NCBI RefSeq assembly: GCF_006345805.1
Contig: NC_043007.1
Span: 76,322,001-76,386,000, forward strand
Reading direction: 5' to 3'
Origin: Octopus sinensis
Lineage: Eukaryota
DNA length: 64,000 nt
A program made the position numbers and the translations under genes. The notes beneath the pieces were generated by a model. It ran no database searches. It saw only the letters and a program-made list of their open reading frames with translations, and had not been told where the DNA came from. Shown piece after piece: positions 1 through 12,285 of the stretch (positions within the stretch are counted from its first letter, which is position 1; each line of letters starts with the position of its first letter).

Positions 1-3000
1 TAATCCTCCGTCACCATGACGAAGACGTGACTTTTGTTTCAGAATTACACCGATGTTACGATTGCTTGCAGTACCCTCTCCTTTTTCCTCATGGAGAGGA
101 TGGATACCACTTAGAAATTCAAAAGGTTGATCCCACAATTCTCACACTTCTTGACAAGAAGGTTTCCTGCAAGGCATTTTACGCCTATCGACTCATGGTG
201 CGAGAAAACGATTTCAATTTATTACTAAGGTGCCATTCTTTGACCAATCAGTTTTTGGTCGACATGTATTGTAAAGTTGAGTCCGAACGTTTAAAATACA
301 TTCGTTCTCACCAGGACCAATTAAGAGCAACAGAATACGTTAACCTAGAGGATGCAATGCGTCAAGACGGTGACGCAGCCAACGTAGGAAAACGTATTAT
401 TCTTCCTTCAACATTTATTGGCTCACCTCGGTATATGAATAAACGAATGCAGGACGCAATGACATACCTCGGTAAGTTTGGAAAGCCGGACCTCTTCATT
501 ACATTTACCTGCAATCCTACCTGGCCAGAGATTAAAGAGAATGTGTTCGCTGGGCAGCTGCCAGAGCACAGACATGACATTGTGGCGCGCGTTTTTTATG
601 CCAAGTTGAAGAAAATGCTATTTTTAATGAAAGTTTTGCATATTTTTGGCCCACTGTCTGCTTGGATGTATACTGTGGAATGGCAGAAGAGAGGTCTTCC
701 ACACGTTCATATGCTAGCCTGGTGTCAGGATAGAATCCACCCTGTGGATATTGACAGAATTATATCTGCTGAGTTGCCCGATCAAAATGCTGAACCTCAG
801 CTGCACAGCAGTGTGACAAAGCATATGATTCACGGTCCATGTGGTGACTTTAATCCGAGAAGTCCATGCATGAAGAATAAAAGATGTTCGAAGCGGTACT
901 CTAGAGACTTTTGCGGTCAAACCTGCACTACGAATGACGGATATCCCATCTACCGAAGGCGTGACCCAGGTTTGGGTGGCCGCACAGCTACAATTAGACA
1001 ACGGCTAAAAACATTCGATGTTGATAATGCCTGGATCGTTCCATTCAACCCTTTGCTTTCCAAAACATTTAATGCACACATTAATGTTGAGTACTGCAGT
1101 TCGGTGAGATGCATACAATACCTCTGCAAGTACATTAATAAGGACGATGATATGGCCGTGTTTGTGTTCAGTGATGAAGACCTTAGACATGACGAAATTA
1201 AACAATTCGTTTTGGGTAGGTATGTATCCTCCAATTATGCAGCGTGGCGCATTTTTGGATATGAGATTCATCTAAGCTCACCAACAGTTTTCCACCTGAA
1301 TGTTCATTTACAGAAGAGACAGCTGGTTTACTTCACAGAGAAAAATGCACGTCAAGTCATTGAAAATCCAAAAGGGACTACGCTTACAGCATTTTTTAAA
1401 TTGTGTTCAGTTGATGAGTTTGCTGCTACTCTCATTTACCCTGAAGTACCGGAATATTACACATACAACAACAATAATTGGAAGCGCAGGTCACATGGAA
1501 CAGAACTTGACAATTGGCCTGGTGTTTCTAGGAAGAACGTCATTGGACGTGTGTATAATATTCATCCTACCAAACAGGAAATCTTTTTGAGAATGCTACT
1601 TCATGTAGTTACTGGACCGAAGTCTTTTGCTGATCTTCGCACGGTTGATGGTATCATCTGCGCCACTTACAGGGAAGCATGTTTGAGGCGCGGACTTCTT
1701 CTCAATGACGACCACTTACACAGGACATTAGCAGAGGCCTCAAATTGTAAACTGCCATGGCAAATGCGTCGATTGTTTTGTAGCATATTAATCCACTGTA
1801 ATCCCAGCAACCCTCTTAACCTTTGGGAATCGTTCAGACAGAGCCTATCAAAGGACATACAGGCTAATTTAGCACTACGTGATGGCAACGACGATGTTTA
1901 TAATGAGGCATTAATCGACATGGACAGACACATCAGACGCTATGTTATACGCGGTTTAAGTGAATTCCATCTGCCAACACCTGTCCATCATGAAGCGCCT
2001 TTGGATGTTGAATACATGTCAGAAAAAAACTACAACATTGCCGAATTGACGGAAACAATTACGCGAGATGAACCAAGACTTTTGCCTGAACAAAGAGAGA
2101 TTTATAATGAAATTATTGACAGCGTTAGATTGAACCAATGAAAGCTTTTCTTTTTGAATGCTCCAGGTGGTACTGGTAAAACTTTCGTTATCAATTTGAT
2201 TCTCGCAAAGCTGCGCGCTGAACGTCGAATTGCCATTGCATGTGCCTCAAGTGGTCTTGTAGCGACACTGCTTCAAGGCGGCCGTACGGCACATAGTGCA
2301 TTCAAATTGCCCATGGACATTGGAAAGAAAGATAATCCTATATGTAATATAGATCGTAGTTCCTCAAGAGCAAGGCTTCTTCGTGAATGCAGTCTTTTTA
2401 TTTGGGATGAGGCTACAATGAGTAATAAGGCCATGTTTGAAGCTCTTGACAGAACTCTCCAAGATTTGCGTCACAATACAAATATAATGGGTGGAGCTAC
2501 GTTTCTCATGGCAGGAGATTTTCGACAAACTCTTCCTGTTGTCCGAGCAGGCACTAGAGCCGATGAGGTTAATGCATGTATAAAGCATTCTTATGTGTGG
2601 CACAGTGTTATCAGTCGCCATCTTCAAACAAACATGAGAGCCCACCTACATGGTGATGTGGAGTCTGAGGCTTTCGCAAAACACCTATTAGATCTTGGTG
2701 ATGGAGTTTTGCCTTTCGTTGATGATGAGCATATTCGGTTGCCTTTTGGGAATTTCGTTCCAAATGTAGAGGAACTTATAAGAGCCGTTTTACCTGACAT
2801 CGAAACCAACTTCCAGGATCTCGATTGGCTAAGAGCAAGAGCTATTCTATCGCCTCATAATACAACAGCTGATGCTACAAATAAACAAGTACTTGATATC
2901 ATTCCTGGTGAGATAGTTTCTTTCATGTCCATCGATACAAATAAAGATGAGAATGATGCAGTCAAATATCCACCCGAGCTACTCAACAAGCTAACACCTC

Positions 3001-4330
3001 CGGGACTTCCACCTCATCATTTGTGTTTGAAAGTTGGTGCTCCAATCATGGTGCTCAGAAATATGGAAACGCCTGAAATATGCAATGGAACCCGAATGGT
3101 TATAAGGAGGATTCAAAGCCATGTTATAACTGCTGAAATTTTGAGTGGACCATTTGTAGGAACAATCAAGATGATACATAAAATGAGTATTTCACCCTCT
3201 GATGTTCCCATTCAGTTTAAACGCTTTCAATTTCCGATAAAACTATGATTCGCGATGACAATCAACAAGTCACAGGGACAATCACTGGACATTGTAGGCA
3301 TTAACCTGTCACAACCGGTTTTCAGTCATGGTCAATTGTATGTAGCCTGTTCTCGAGTTGGAAATCCACATAAACTCTTCATTCTTGGCAATCATGAGCG
3401 CACAAGGAACGTGGTTTATCAGGAGGCTCTGACAAAAGAAAACTGATTGTAAGTCATGAAATTTTGCTTGATTTTTTATTTTGCACCTCTTCATTATCTC
3501 TTCATTCTTGAAAATAAAGACATTAAAAAGAACATGGTCCATAAAGAACATTGGGTTCAGATGTTTGCAAACATTTGATCCAACTCATTCTCTTTATTCC
3601 TCATTTTCCAATTCCTTCTACGTCTCCATTAAACGGTTTTGTCAAGTTATTGTTTCTTCGCTAACATAAGACATTCATAAAGTGAATGAGTTGTTAATTA
3701 CATTTTATACACTATTCCATTGTTTAGGTGGTGTCGAAAGGACTGGCATGTGTCACCATATAAACTCTCTCAGTCAAACTCCCAACTCATGAGTTCACGT
3801 CGTGATACTCTTTCTACAAAACTGAGCTGGGTGTGAATTCTAATTTCATTCACTATTACAGATTTTTTTATTTTTGAAACAAACACATTGCCTCTTTCGT
3901 TTTAAAACAATAAAACAATACTACCTTAATACATTGGTCCAACAAACAAAACGTCCAACACTCACATTCTTTTATGTATCTGTCTTCCTCCATCACTCAC
4001 TCACTTTTCTCCCTTCCTTTCACATTCTATCTATAACGTCGTTTCACAGCGTCTACCTCCCTTACATTCACTTTCTCTTTATAACGTCGTTTCACAGCGT
4101 CCGTTATCCCCCCTCCCTGCCTTCCACAGCGCTTTCACACACTCTCACTCTCTACATCTGTCTGCATTCATAGAGAGAATTATCATCGCCACAACAACCA
4201 CTCAATCATGACAACAAATATTATGAATCAGATATTTATTGGGTTAATTTATATATGTGTGTGTGTGTATCTATATATAAATATGTATATATAATAATTT
4301 TTATATATACAAAGTGCATATATCTGTATT

Positions 4331-4385
<55 letters not shown>

Positions 4386-4446
4386 GTATACATTTATATA
4401 TATATACCACGCTCTTACCCGCGCGTAGAGCGGGTCCCTTCAGCTA

Positions 4447-4447
<1 letters not shown>
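1..4447 (+). mobile_element. Helitron (rolling-circle transposon), autonomous type; 5' end lies outside the window
   Basis: Carries a Rep + PIF1 helicase coding region, about 1 kb of 3' non-coding sequence, then a GC-rich hairpin (ACCCGC-GCGTAGA-GCGGGT, 4417-4435), an 8-nt spacer and CTAG (4444-4447), followed by T and (TA)n. This is the canonical Helitron 3' terminus. Confidence 0.95.
3..3446 (+). pseudogene. Helitron RepHel protein (HUH Rep endonuclease + SF1/PIF1-like helicase) with two in-frame TGA stops
   Basis: ORFs 27-2141, 2154-3248 and 3255-3446 are in one frame, separated only by TGA at 2139-2141 and 3246-3248. Rep motifs: FITFTCNPTW, VEWQKRGLPHVH (HUH), YLCKYINK (Y2). Helicase motifs: [46 protein letters not shown]. 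Confidence 0.95.
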
Positions 4448-4494
<47 letters not shown>

Positions 4495-4520
4495 TATATA
4501 TATGTATGTATGTATGTATG

Positions 4521-4579
<59 letters not shown>

Positions 4580-4698
4580 TGTATATGTATGTGTAGAACA
4601 CCTGCAATATTGTAAACAACCAAATCTCGTATGTACGTACGTGTGTATGTATGGGCATGTATGTATGTGTGTATATATGCATGTATTTATATACGTAT

Positions 4699-5890
4699 GT
4701 CATTGTTCAGTTTTATTTCAAGATTTTATGCCAATAGAGAAAGAGTCGGTTTCTAACCTAGATCTAAGGCTCCTTCATTGGAATTCCAACATCAACAACA
4801 GGGCATTCTTGTTTCTATGTATGTATTTATGTGTGAAGATATGTATGTTTTGTTTTATAAATGTTTTCTCATGCATATTGTTGCATATCTAGACATGCTC
4901 ATATATATTTAAATGATTAACTTCCGGAAAGTTTTATAGATTTTTAATGTTCCAGTGATGGATTAGATCGGTAGTCTTCGAATTAACTTTCTCCTTTCTG
5001 TTTTTAAGAAGCTTAATTTCCCAAGACTGATATTTATGCAGTGTGTTGCATATCCCAGGACCCCAATAATTACAGGTATAGACCTGAACTTGTAATCTGG
5101 ATAGAGTAACTGTAGATTATACCATGATGTTATTTTCCGACAACTGCTTATGATGTGGGTGATATCTTCTGTGTGAACTCCACAAAGTCTGCATTAGTTG
5201 TCACATTTTACTGCTTTTCCTGCATCTCTATCCCCTTTGTACATCAGGTATTTGGTTGATATTTCTTGTTACTCGATTGCCCACGCATACCCTTCAAAGT
5301 GGGAGGTAGTAATCCAGCTATTGGTCCATAATAGACTGCTTTGATGACCAATATTACTATCATTTCGGAACTTTCTACTAACGTATCCATGCATAGTCTT
5401 CTGCTCATATAGGCTCATCCTTTCACTTGATGATACGCTGCGGTAGAGTGGTGCGACTTCTTTGAGCATGTCTTCTAGGTTATCAGACAAGGAATGTTGC
5501 TCAAGAAGCTGCCTTTCAAGTCTCATGCTGTTATCAGTCTCATGTATGCAGACTTGGTCAAGGGATGCACTTCGACATTTGATGATTAAAAGATGTTACC
5601 GAAGGGATATGATTCGACATTCGAAGGCATTTTGGATCGATGTTAAACCTCTGTCGCTTTGTTTTCGTTTTAGGTAGAGGCGATCTACATAACTGTTTAT
5701 GTGGAAATTATGTGTACCTGTTAGTATTTTTCGGGTTTCCCCATCAATGGCTCGGATCTCATCAAGAATCCAATCAAGCTGCCCAAATGTTGGTATAAGT
5801 ACTGGCACTGCAAACACCTTGTGAGACACTGTTTTATTGAATGCAGAGAGTTCTGAGGTCCAGATTTTCTTTATTCAGCTGTAATATTTT
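4699..5890 (-). mobile_element. 5'-truncated R4/Dong-like (restriction-like endonuclease clade) non-LTR retrotransposon fragment
   Basis: Manual minus-strand translation gives YYS*IKKIWTSELSAFNKTVSHKVFAVPVLIPTFG, DRLYLKRKQSDRGL, a CCHC knuckle CRLCGVHTEDITHIISSC (5140-5193) and a C-terminal IPVIIGVLG...KIYKTF, with the stop at 4909-4911. Both flanks are (TACA)/(ATGT)-type microsatellite. Confidence 0.8.
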
Positions 5891-6684
5891 TTGGTGTATG
5901 CATGCATGTATGTATGTATGTATGTATGTATGTATGTATGTATGTATGTATGTATGTATCATACAATGTTTGGAATACACTTGCGTAAAAAATCAAAACA
6001 AACAAGATCACGTTCCTCGTACGAAGAAAGAATCACAAATTTATTTAGAGGCTTCATCATCTCTACTATTAACGAATCGTTTCTATTCTATAAAAGGTAA
6101 AGTGTTTCGAAATACATTAATGTCTGTTATTTTCTCTGGACCTAGAAGAAGGATAGGCAGTTTTGAACAAAGTTTTACTTAATTTCGACGGACATGATCT
6201 CAATATCTCCTATAATCTTCAGGCGTCCCCCTAAGACAGGATGTCGATTTGTGAATATTTTCTTAATCTGCCCGTCAACAGAAACCTAAATTGTACAAGA
6301 AAACTTCAATTAATGCCCTGAAAATCACAAATTTAATCAATAGAATAAAAACATAATAAAAATTTTGAAACATATTGCTTTTCAGTTCATATCTAAATCC
6401 ATAGCAGACGAGACCTGTTATACTGGTATGGTTGAGCGAAACGATGAAGAAGCTGCCAAATAAATTCCAGTCAAATGTGATGTTGGACATGTCTGATACC
6501 ATTCCTCAACAATTCTTTTTAAAGCAAATATTCAAAATACTATGTAATTGCTTACATTTCTATTATTCTACAGATTTAGGCAACGTTGAGCGTTAAGTGG
6601 GGTCAAAAAATAAAAATTATAATGAAGTCGCAGCATTAGATCTTGTCACTCATAGAATTACAATTTTTTGTATGTCACTGAAGT

Positions 6685-6795
6685 GTCACTGAAGAGGGCA
6701 TAGATGTATGACGAAAGATTTCCAGACAATGGACATAATCTAAAACATGAACAGTAATAAACAAAAAATAACGACCATCTCGAAATGCAATATAT
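6685..6795 (+). mobile_element. PLE-associated terminal-repeat fragment with a decayed hammerhead motif (family F2)
   Basis: CTGAAGA-G-GGCATA-GATG-TATGAC-GAAA-GATTTC-CAGAC (6689-6727). Homologous to 12286-12450 and 29257-29301. Helix I does not close. Confidence 0.6.
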
Positions 6796-6852
6796 ACACA
6801 GGAATAAATAGATAGAGATTGATAAATAGATAGATAGTTTTAGATGTAGATA

Positions 6853-7000
<148 letters not shown>

Positions 7001-7154
7001 GAGAGAGATCCAGAATATAAATATATATAGAGAGAGAGAGACATATATATACATACACACATACCTATATATCTATATATAACATGGTATATATGTATGT
7101 GTGTATATATATATATGCATGTATATATATATACATACACTTATATATATATAC

Positions 7155-7213
<59 letters not shown>

Positions 7214-7215
7214 TG

Positions 7216-7404
7216 ATAGATCGTTAGCCACTACACACATTTTTTTCTTTCCTTGTTTCTTTCCTTGTTTTTTCTGTGTCCCTTTCTGTAGAAGAGCGTA
7301 GCCTCGAAACGTAAAATACTTTTTATATTCCTGAGCGTTATACTAATACATCTGTTTGTTTTGTACACCACCTGTCTTCGTCTTTTGTTTTTTTGTAAAC
7401 TCTA

Positions 7405-7408
<4 letters not shown>
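7216..7408 (+). mobile_element. Solo PLE terminal-repeat (pLTR) fragment related to the pLTRs at 39857, 44267 and about 54000
   Basis: Shares gatcgttagc.act.cac.cattttt, GAAGAGCGTAG.CTCGAAACGT, tatattcctgagcg..atactaataca and ccacctg.cttcgtcttttg with those pLTRs. Flanked by (TA)n. Confidence 0.8.
7283..7316 (+). ncRNA. Minimal hammerhead-like motif, family F1 (core CUGUAGA, A6U)
   Basis: TTT-CTGTAGA-A-GAGC-GTAG-CCTC-GAAAC-GTA-AAA. Helix I is UUU/AAA, helix II has one mismatch, and helix III is the loopless palindrome ACGU. Confidence 0.5.
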
Positions 7409-7444
<36 letters not shown>

Positions 7445-7519
7445 AATTCTTAAATCCTTAAAAATGTCTCAGCCCGAAGGCTGCGGCCATGCTGGGGCAC
7501 CACCGCTGAATGAGCTACA

Positions 7520-10500
7520 CTAATATGTGAATCCACCTCTGATACATGGCACTTGGTCAACAAGGGAGTTCGATGCTGCTGCCCGCATCTGTGCCTTCTG
7601 TCGTGAGGTAGGTTCATCTGGGACCCCCGACAAGAAGAGATCCAGTATAGTTTTAAAGAAACCCACATCCACACCATGCAAGTCTTTCAGGCATTTAGGG
7701 AGGATGTTAAAGAGCTGTGGTTCTCTGAAACCCAAGCTGTTGCAGTATCTGGTCCTGTATTTTGATGGTGATGCTGGAATGTTTGGCACCATGCGTGGCG
7801 CCCCGTTCTGCGGTTGGGGTAACTTTGAATGCCAAAGTTTGGGGCAAGACCCACCAGGATTTTCCAGATGTATATCACCGCATATCTCTCCCGTCTTCGC
7901 TCTAGGGAGAAGAGTTTTAATACTTTCAGTCTTTCCCAGTAGCTGATATGTTGCATTGAGACGATCTTCTTTGTGTAGCTTCTTTGAATTGCTTCAAGTT
8001 ATGGTGTTAGTTTTATATTGTGTGGTGACCATAGTTGGGAGCAGTAGTCCAAACGGCTGAGGACGAAAGTTTTCCATATGATCATCAGTGTCTCCTTTTC
8101 TCTTGTTCTGAAAGTTCGGAGAATCCATCCAGCTAGCCGTCTGCATTTTATCACCAAATTAGTAATATGCACTTGGAAAGATGCATCATTGCTCATGTCA
8201 ACGCCCAGATCACGCACTATTTTGACTCAGGGATTGCAATTCTTCCCGGGCCAGTGCATCCAGTCTGCATGTCGTTTACCTTTGTGTGCCGGTAGCGCAG
8301 GGCCTGGATTAAACTGCATGTTGTTGTCCTCAGCCCAACTGTATATTGTATCCAACTCCTGTTGCAGATGTGCAATATTACCAGGGTTTTGTATTGTGTG
8401 GGAGACTTTTGTGTCATCTGCATAGCTAGCAAGGGTGGCCATCTTAGAAACTGAAGGCATGTCTGAAAGGGTCACTATGAACAACAGTGGCCCCAAGACA
8501 GTGCTCTGTAGAACACCGCTTGTTATTTGTGTTTCCTTGGAGGTGGCTCCATTGGCCACAACTGCCTGCCTTCCATCTTGTGCAGCCACTCTCCAAGTTT
8601 TCCGCCTATGCCCAGACCACGCAGTTTGTGACAAATCATACCGTGGTCGACTTTATCAAAGGCTTTTGCAAGGTCGAGATATATCACATCCACATTTGAG
8701 CCATTTAGTAGCTGTTTTAACACCCAGTCATAGTGTTGCAGGAGCTGTGTTAGGCAGCTTCTACCTGGTCGAAATCCATGCTGGGTGTCAGTCAGCAAGT
8801 CATTTTCTTCAAGGAACATGATTAGTTTCTGGCGGACTATTCGTTCCATGACTTTGCTGATGTGTGAGGTCAGAGAGATAGGCCTATAATTTTTAGCATC
8901 TGCTCTGCTTCCTCCCTTATGGATAGGGCATATTACCCCCTCTTTCAATTTAACTGGGAGCTTACCACTTGCAAGAAAGCTCTGAAAAAGAAGCTGTAGC
9001 GGTTTTGCAAGGGCTCGTTTGCACGATTTGAGAAGGATCGCTGGAAATCCATCAGGTCCAGCAGCTGAGTTTGTGTCAATCTCATCTATGGCTAGCGTGA
9101 TATCATCATCTTCAATGTTGATGTACTCAATTTTTGCCTCTTTGGCCGCAGGTAAAGTGACAAAGAATTCTTCTGGGTTGTTTACTTGCCTGTGTCCTAG
9201 AGGTGTAGTGAACACACTTTGGAACTGTTCGTTCAGTATTTCACTTATCCTCGTGGGATTTCCTGTGAGGGAGCCATCTTTTTGGAAGAGAGGTCCTATT
9301 CTCTGGAGCACTGTGGCTGTCTCTTTGGCAAACTTAAAGAAAGCTTTAGGGTTTGACTTTATATTTCCTATTACCCAAGCTTCTTTATCTGCTCTCTCCT
9401 TTTCATGAGACTGATGCACACTTTTCTCTATTTCCATTAGCATTCTCTCGAGCCGAGACTTCTCACTACTTTTGGTGTGCTTGTTCAGGCGGTTTGCAAT
9501 CCTTGTCCGTTGTCTCATAAGAATCTTCCTTTCTCTAGGGACCCTGTTTTTGTTTTTGTGTGTGCTGGCCCTGCACACTGGGACATATTTGTCACATATG
9601 GCTTGTATTATGGACATGAAGCATTTGTGTTTCATGTCAATGTCCGGTGTGGAGAGACATTTAGGCCAATCCTGTTTGAGGATCCCTTTCTCGATCAACT
9701 TCCAATTTGCTTTACGAAAGTTTAAGTTGGAGAGATTGTGGATGCTTCGTATAGGCTGTGTGTCTGCGGGGGCTTTTGGTCCATTCATAGACAGCTCTAT
9801 TATGTTGTGATTAGAGGTCATTGTCGGCATCACTTTAACATTATGCATAATATCCATATTGTTTGTGAAGCAGAGATCCAGTATATTATCTGCCCTTGTT
9901 GGTTGCAGCACTATTTGCTCCATGAAAGAGGCATTTGTGAGATGGAGCAGAGACTCTGCCTGTGTCTACTGATGGTGTGTCATCTCTGGGAGCATCTGCC
10001 CCCTCAAGCCATTCCACATTGGGGAAGTTAAAGTCACCCATGAAGAATACACTGTTGTGTTGTTCCAGGTTGGTGAGAACTTCTATTTTTGTTAGGCAGT
10101 CTTCAAACATGCCTGTATGATTTGGGGCATCCGGTGGGCGACATGTGGTACATATGACGATATTCAGTTGTCTTATGTGTACAATTTGAGTGTCACACAC
10201 TGAGTTTGAATATGACAACAGGACCTGGGCCGTGAGGTCATTTCGGATGTACATTGCAACTCCACCATGGCTCCTCCCTTTTCTATCTGAGCGTATGACA
10301 GCATGTTGCGGTATGTGGATTTCTGCATCCCCTATATCGGGTCCAAGATGCGTTTCTATGAGTGCCATGCATATAGCTTGATTGCATGCCACAAGGTCTC
10401 TCAGGAATGATATTTTCCTGTTACAGTTGCTGCGCAGCAGCCCTCCTACGTTCAGTAGAAATATTTTTGTGGTGTGTGTGTTGGTGTCTGTGGTGGCCAT
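7520..10500 (-). pseudogene. LINE ORF2 (apurinic endonuclease + reverse transcriptase), multiply frameshifted
   Basis: APE motifs: LNVGGL, IETHL, RSDRKGRSHGGVAMY, MGDFNFP, NILDLCFTN. RT motifs: AGPDGFP, YRPISLTS, QHGFRPGRSC, YLDLAKAFDKVDH, SYADDTK, RDLGV, SRLDYCSQLWSP, SLERRRER. These are spread over at least 5 frame segments. Confidence 0.93.
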
Positions 10501-10519
10501 CCTGCATCTGTTGGTGGTG

Positions 10520-11369
10520 GCCTTATGTGGTGATAGTTCCAGCTTTGTGTTTGTAGCCAGGTCAGCTGCTGAACAATTTTTTGTGCCATGCATAAAAAAG
10601 ATTGCTGTTCAGCTGCTGCCCTTCTCACATCTGGGTGAAGCTGACCATTTGTTGGGCTATACAGTATCTTTTTTGGACCGCGCACTACATCCGCATATCG
10701 TCTTTCAGGAGTGGTCAATGCGCCATTTTTCCTTCTTTTATATTTTTCTTTTTCTTTTTGTTCTCCCGGGGGAGGGATTTTTGTCTTGTGTCCATGCGGT
10801 TTTGGCAGGGCTTCTGATGTGCAAAACGACAGTTTGCACCATCATCGCCATGCCAGCAGTCTCCCTTCAGGTAGAATTTGCAGATGTTTCTGCTTTTGCC
10901 CGTGTAGCTCTTGCTGGGGTTCTTCTGTTTTTTTCTGAACAGTGTTTATTTTAGTTTTCTTGTCTTTTACTTCTTGTTTTCCGTCGATTTTAGGGTGCTT
11001 TCATTTTTTGGCGGCCATCGCACCTCTTTGGTCTTCAGTTGTGTTGGGAGCTGGACATGTGCCATTGTTTCCCTTGGTTGCAGGTTTCTCGGTTGTGTTT
11101 TTTGTTGGGTCCTGGATGCTTTCTCCATCCTTTTGGTCTTCCCTGGTGCAGTCACCTCCTAGGATGATATCCAGAGTGTCCATGTGTTGCCTGATTAGAG
11201 CGTATGAACGGAGGAATTCTCTTTTCTTTCGCTCTATCTGGGCGGTGGTCCTGGAGAAATCATTGCTCTTAAGCGCCGCTGCAATGACATTGTTTGGCGG
11301 GTCACTCTTGGCAATCTTCCAGGCGCAGACGAACAATTGCAACTCCCTTGCAGACCAGTTCCTTGACAT
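10520..11369 (-). pseudogene. LINE ORF1 with an N-terminal Myb/trihelix-like segment and a CCCH zinc finger, frameshifted
   Basis: MSRNWSARELQLFVCAWK...FSRTTAQIERKKREFLRSY matches the W..E...F...W / RT..QI..K trihelix pattern. Manual translation of 10817-10882 gives CKFYLKGDCWHGDDGANCRFAH (C-x7-C-x8-C-x3-H). Confidence 0.7.
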
Positions 11370-11394
11370 TTTCGCCTGAGATGCAGTGAGAGTG

Positions 11395-11998
11395 AAATAG
11401 AGGAACAGAGAGAGAAGGAAAGATAAGATGGTTGACCTGAGAGGGAGAGGAGAGAAGAGAAGAAAAAAGCTGGTGGCAGATCAGCCGGGGGGGATAGAGA
11501 GAGAGAAGGGGATTGACCTGAGAGAAGAGAGAAAGAATGGCAGGTCAGCAGAGGGAGAGTGAGCGGGATAGAGGTGTGGTAGAGAGAAAGAAGTAAAGGG
11601 ACAAGGAGGAAAAGAGAGACAAGGGGATGGACCTTAGGGGGAGCAGGGAGAAGAAAGGCAGAGAGAAAAATGGAGAGGGATAAAGAGGGCGGGATAGAGG
11701 TACGAGAGAGTGAAGTAAAAGGACAGAGAGGGTGGTGTGGAGAAAGAAGGAGACAGAGAGAGGAAAAGAGAGACAAGGGGTGAACCTAAGAGGGAGCAGG
11801 GAGAGGAAAGGTAGGAAGAAAAGGGGGAGAGGGAGAGAGGGGTGGGATAGAGATGCAAGAGAGTGTAGTAAAGGGACAGGGAGGGTGGTGTAGAGAAAGA
11901 AGTAAGGAGACAGAAAGAGGAAAAGAGAGAGAAAAAGAGAGAGGGAGAGAGAGAGGGTGGGATAGAGATACAAGAGAGAATGAGTGAAGTAGAGGAAC
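11395..11998 (-). repeat. Diverged tandem units (about 115-150 bp) forming the LINE 5' UTR
   Basis: The plus-strand anchor G(C/T)GGGATAGAG recurs near 11564, 11689, 11841 and 11957, with shared purine-rich blocks (gaggaaaagagagacaagggg, gagcagggaga). Confidence 0.65.
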
Positions 11999-12143
11999 AG
12001 ATTATATATATATATAATACATATGTATGTATGTATATATATATATATATATATATATTTCGAGGAATGAGGCTTTTACATGCCGAAGACTACTTGGTGT
12101 AATTGATAATTGTTCCAAATTAATTAATTTCACCCTTCATTGT

Positions 12144-12191
<48 letters not shown>

Positions 12192-12285
12192 TATACATAT
12201 ACACATATATGCATATTCACGTGTGTACGTTTATGTATGTATTCTATTGTTTTAAATCATATTCACTAATATGGAGGGCGGAAAG

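Larger units (their letters stand above)
7446..11998 (-). mobile_element. Full-length decayed CR1-group (CR1/Zenon/Crack-like) LINE
   Basis: Pyrimidine-rich repetitive 5' UTR, ORF1, an APE-RT ORF2, and a short 3' UTR with a CAGCC-TTCG-GGCTG hairpin and a TTTAAGGA/TTTAAGAA tail. Bounded on both sides by (TA)n. Confidence 0.9.

Noticed and set aside
2139-3248. Selenocysteine or programmed read-through of the two TGA codons in the Helitron ORF
   Set aside because: The positions correspond to ordinary residues in helicase motifs, I saw no SECIS-like element, and single substitutions explain both.
5960-6520. Short ORFs between the Dong-like fragment and the F2 repeat
   Set aside because: I recognised no motif and found no convincing splice signals.
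7450-11973. Plus-strand and alternative-frame ORFs over the CR1-like LINE, and antisense ORFs over both Penelope copies and the pogo element
   Set aside because: They are shadow frames of GC-richer transposon coding sequence or of the purine-rich UTR, with no independent motifs.
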